DNA of 64,000 nucleotides from Prasinococcaceae sp. CCMP 1430 (Eukaryota > Plantae > Prasinodermophyta), in assembly GCA_013416795.1 (NCBI GenBank), contig RQSC01001079.1, positions 208,861 through 272,860 on the forward strand. Reading direction: 5' to 3'. The first letter of the stretch is position 1; every line of letters starts with the position of its first letter. This document shows, piece after piece, positions 61,335 through 64,000 of this stretch. The position numbers and the translations under genes were made by a program. Below the pieces are notes generated by a model. That model did no database searches. It saw only the letters and a program-made list of their open reading frames with translations, and was not told the DNA's origin.

Positions 61335-62885
61335 CTACGCCGACGCGTGCCGGTTGATGGCCGCGGCGACGCGCGCAGTGAACGCGCCGTCCTCTGCGAG
61401 CTCGCGCAGCGCCATCGCGATGGCGGCGGGCGTGACCGCTGCCGCGGCCGCCTTGGCCTTCTTCGCCGCCGGCGCGGCCTGCGACTTCGGAGGCCGCGGC
61501 GGCGACGCGGGCGCCGGCGCGTCCCCTGCTGCCATGCCCGCGCGCTGCAAGAGCGCCATGAACGAGTGGTCGCCGTCGTCTGCGCTGGCGCCGCCCTCCT
61601 CAGGCGGAGGGGGGCTCGCGGCGGGAGGCCGCGGCGCGCCCGCCCCGCCCTGCGAAGCCCCGGCGGCCATCTTCTGCAGCAGCAGCGTGATATCACCCGC
61701 AGCGTCGACATCGCCGCCGGAGGGCGCGGGGCGCCCCGACGCCGACTCGGCGGCAGTCCTCCGTCCCTGCGCCGCACTCGCCACCGCCGGCGCAGGCCAC
61801 GCGAGATCGCGGTGGCGGTGCGGCGGCGGGGGTGCGGCGGTGGCGGCGGCGGCGGCGGCAGCTGTGGCGCTCGGCGCGCTCTTGGCGGTGGCCTCGGTGG
61901 TGGCGCGCGCGGGCGCTGGGCCCTACCTCCGATACGCGGGCGAGGGAGTCGGCACGCGGGCGCTGCAGCAGGTGCCGGGAGACTCGAGGCTGTGGCTTTC
62001 TCCGAACGCGGCGAAAGCGCGCCCGGCCGTCGATACGCCCCCTGCGCCTGCGCCTGCGCTCTCCGCGCGGCCTGCTTGGACGCGCGCGCCGCCTGCTGCT
62101 TGGCCGCGGCCGCGTCGAGCGTGTCGGCGATCTTCCGCAGCAGCGCCGCAACGAGCGCCGCCTCCTCCTGGTCATAGAACCACAGCCCCTTGACTCCATC
62201 ATCCCCCTCCTTGTACATAATATACGGCAGGGAGAGCTCGAACGTGAAGCCCGGGTTGATGTCGAGCTCCATGTTGTCGAGCCCCACGCGGTTGAGCACC
62301 ATCACGCGAAATTTGGGGAACGCGGAGCGCTTCACCACGAACAGCGTGCCCTCCACGTCCTCGCGCTCCTTTGTGGAAAGGAAGCAGTGCAAGCAGGCGA
62401 CACGCGCGCCGTCAGCGCCAGGTGGGGCGGCGCGCCCCTCGTGCGAACGCGCTCCCCGGCGCAGGCCGCGTCCGCCCGAGAGAGAGAGCGGCGCCCGCCC
62501 TGAGCTCCCGCCGCGCGCGCGCACGCACCCACTCCTGCGTGTCCGTATCGAGGTTGTACAGCGCCACCTGCCCCGCGACGGCGAGCACCTGCTCGACGCT
62601 CGCGTCGTGCCGCCGCAGCACGGCGAGGTTGGTGCTCGCCTTTTGCGCCGACAGGCCGGTCGCGGGCGCCGCCGCGGGCGCCGCGGACGGCCGGCCGGCG
62701 CCGCCGCCGCGCGCTCGCACGAGCGAGCGAGGGCAGGGCGGGCCGCGACTGACACACCACCACCTGAGTGAGGAGCGCGCGTGGGCGGGCGCATGTGCGC
62801 GCGCATGCGCGTGTGCTGGGCGCCACCCACACCCTCCCACGCGCAGGCGCGCACACACCACCCTCGCACGCCGAGCGCACCACAT
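61335..62885 (-). CDS. DCP1: mRNA decapping activator DCP1 (EVH1 + C-terminal trimerisation helix); intron 62369-62528; 5' end and a frame change near 61.85-61.93 kb unresolved
   Basis: NLAVLRRHDASVEQVLAVAGQVALY...EW|EREDVEGTLFVVKRSAFPKFRVMVLNR...PYIMYK...GLWFYDQEE; C-terminal AIAMALRELAEDGAF. Confidence 0.85.
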
Positions 62886-63065
62886 CGATGCGTGCGGCGC
62901 CTTCTTCTCTCTGGCACGCGGCGTCTGTGAACGCACCGCGCACACACCGCGAGCGCGCGCGCGAAAGGGCGCGGCGCCAACGGGCGCATTCTGCCGCGCC
63001 GCAATCTGATATGATGAGTCGCACTGTCCGTGATGCGCATTCGGGGCGACGCACGGCGCCATCAA

Positions 63066-63363
63066 CTACCATGCGAAAGGGATCTCTCCCGTGGGAGTAC
63101 TTGATGGGATTGTATGTGCGAGTGGTACGAGCGGCTGTGGGCGGCGCGGCGGCAGGTCTGCCGCGCCGGCGCCCCGCGCGGCGCACCTCGGAGTCGACCG
63201 GCCCGTCCCCGCCCGCTGGCCGCCCGCCGCGCTGCTTCTTGCCCGCCCTCGCCTTGGCGGTGGGCTTCTTGGCGGGCGCGCGCTCGTCGCCCGAGTCGTC
63301 CGAGTCGGAGCCGAAGATGTCGTCCTCGAGCTCCTGGCGCTTGCGCTTCTCGGCCTCCGACAT
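63066..63363 (-). CDS. Hypothetical protein starting MSEAEKRKRQELEDDIFGSDSDDSG; 3' structure unresolved
   Basis: The NLS plus DIFGSDSDD acidic motif is typical of transcription-elongation or chromatin factor N-termini. The downstream frame degenerates. Confidence 0.35.
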
Positions 63364-64000
63364 CGCCGCCGGCGGGGCGCGCCCGCGCACAGCACCAGCC
63401 GGCCTGCCGCTGCCCTGCCACGGTCCCGCCATCCGCGCGGCCGCGCTCACTCCCCCTTTTTTTTGCCGTATTCACTCGCCTCGAAATCCCTAAATCCCGC
63501 GCGTTTATAGGTATTACAAATCTTTCGATCGCGCTGTCGCTGTTCCAAATTTCATTCCGTTCTTTCGTTTCCGCGGAGGGAACCGTCGCGTCCGGGTGTC
63601 GCGCGCGCCGGAGGGGATCGTCCTCTGTCGAAAAATCTGCGGCCGCGGCGCGCGTCGCCATGTGGACGTGCGGTCCCACTCCGGGATCGCGGGGCCGCAT
63701 GAATGCCCATCACATCGGCAGGGCGCCGCGCGCCGATTCGATTCCCCGTTCGTTCGCGCCGCGCGGGGCGGGGACGGCGCCGATGCCTCCCGAGCAAACC
63801 GCCATCGCACCCACGCGATGTGATGTGATGTGATATGATCTGATCTTCTGCGATACCCTTTGCTTTCGCGCGTTTTGCGCGCCGCGCACCGCCGCGCACC
63901 GCCCGCGCGCGCGCGCGCGCGCGCGATCGGCAAAAGGGACGCGCCGCCGCCGAAAGGCGACAAAAGCGCCCGCGGGGCGTTGTTTCGCGCGGGCGGGCAT

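Noticed and set aside
2104-62528. Introner-like repeated introns
   Set aside because: Introns share only donor and branch motifs; I saw no extended sequence identity between them.
63816-63845. (GTGAT)n-like short repeat as CRISPR array or snoRNA boxes
   Set aside because: It is a 5-nt simple repeat without spacers. No CRISPR array or cas gene is present in the window.

Overview
Gene-dense, very GC-rich eukaryotic nuclear DNA. Short GT-AG introns with a CTGAC branch motif, TGTAA poly(A) signals and nuclear-encoded plastid proteins (RNase J, RsfS/Iojap) point to a green alga. An early-diverging prasinophyte-grade alga such as Prasinoderma is my inference, not a database result. About 35 protein genes can be modelled, mostly housekeeping (cyclin C, TRAPPC6, PAM16, SWI3/SMARCC, cactin, importin-5, PMM, DCP1 and others), plus tRNA-Arg(ACG) and two assembly gaps. 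Most long ORFs in the supplied track are antisense or off-frame GC artefacts. Main points of interest: (1) a ~333 bp fragment of a bacterial divergent ohr/ohrR locus, missed by the ORF track, with both 5' gene ends, Shine-Dalgarno sites and palindromic operator candidates, sitting ~170 bp upstream of the cyclin C start codon. It is either horizontally acquired DNA or an assembly chimera. (2) A secreted LNR-like + LamG + bacterial-type dockerin protein. (3) An unassigned ~230-275 nt multibranched structured element at 54.1-54.4 kb. (4) A SWI3 that keeps the animal-type SMARCC BRCT/chromo N-terminal module. (5) An intron architecture with distant CTGAC branch points and first-AG acceptor choice, including AAG acceptors. 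All family assignments are motif recognition by eye; no searches were run.
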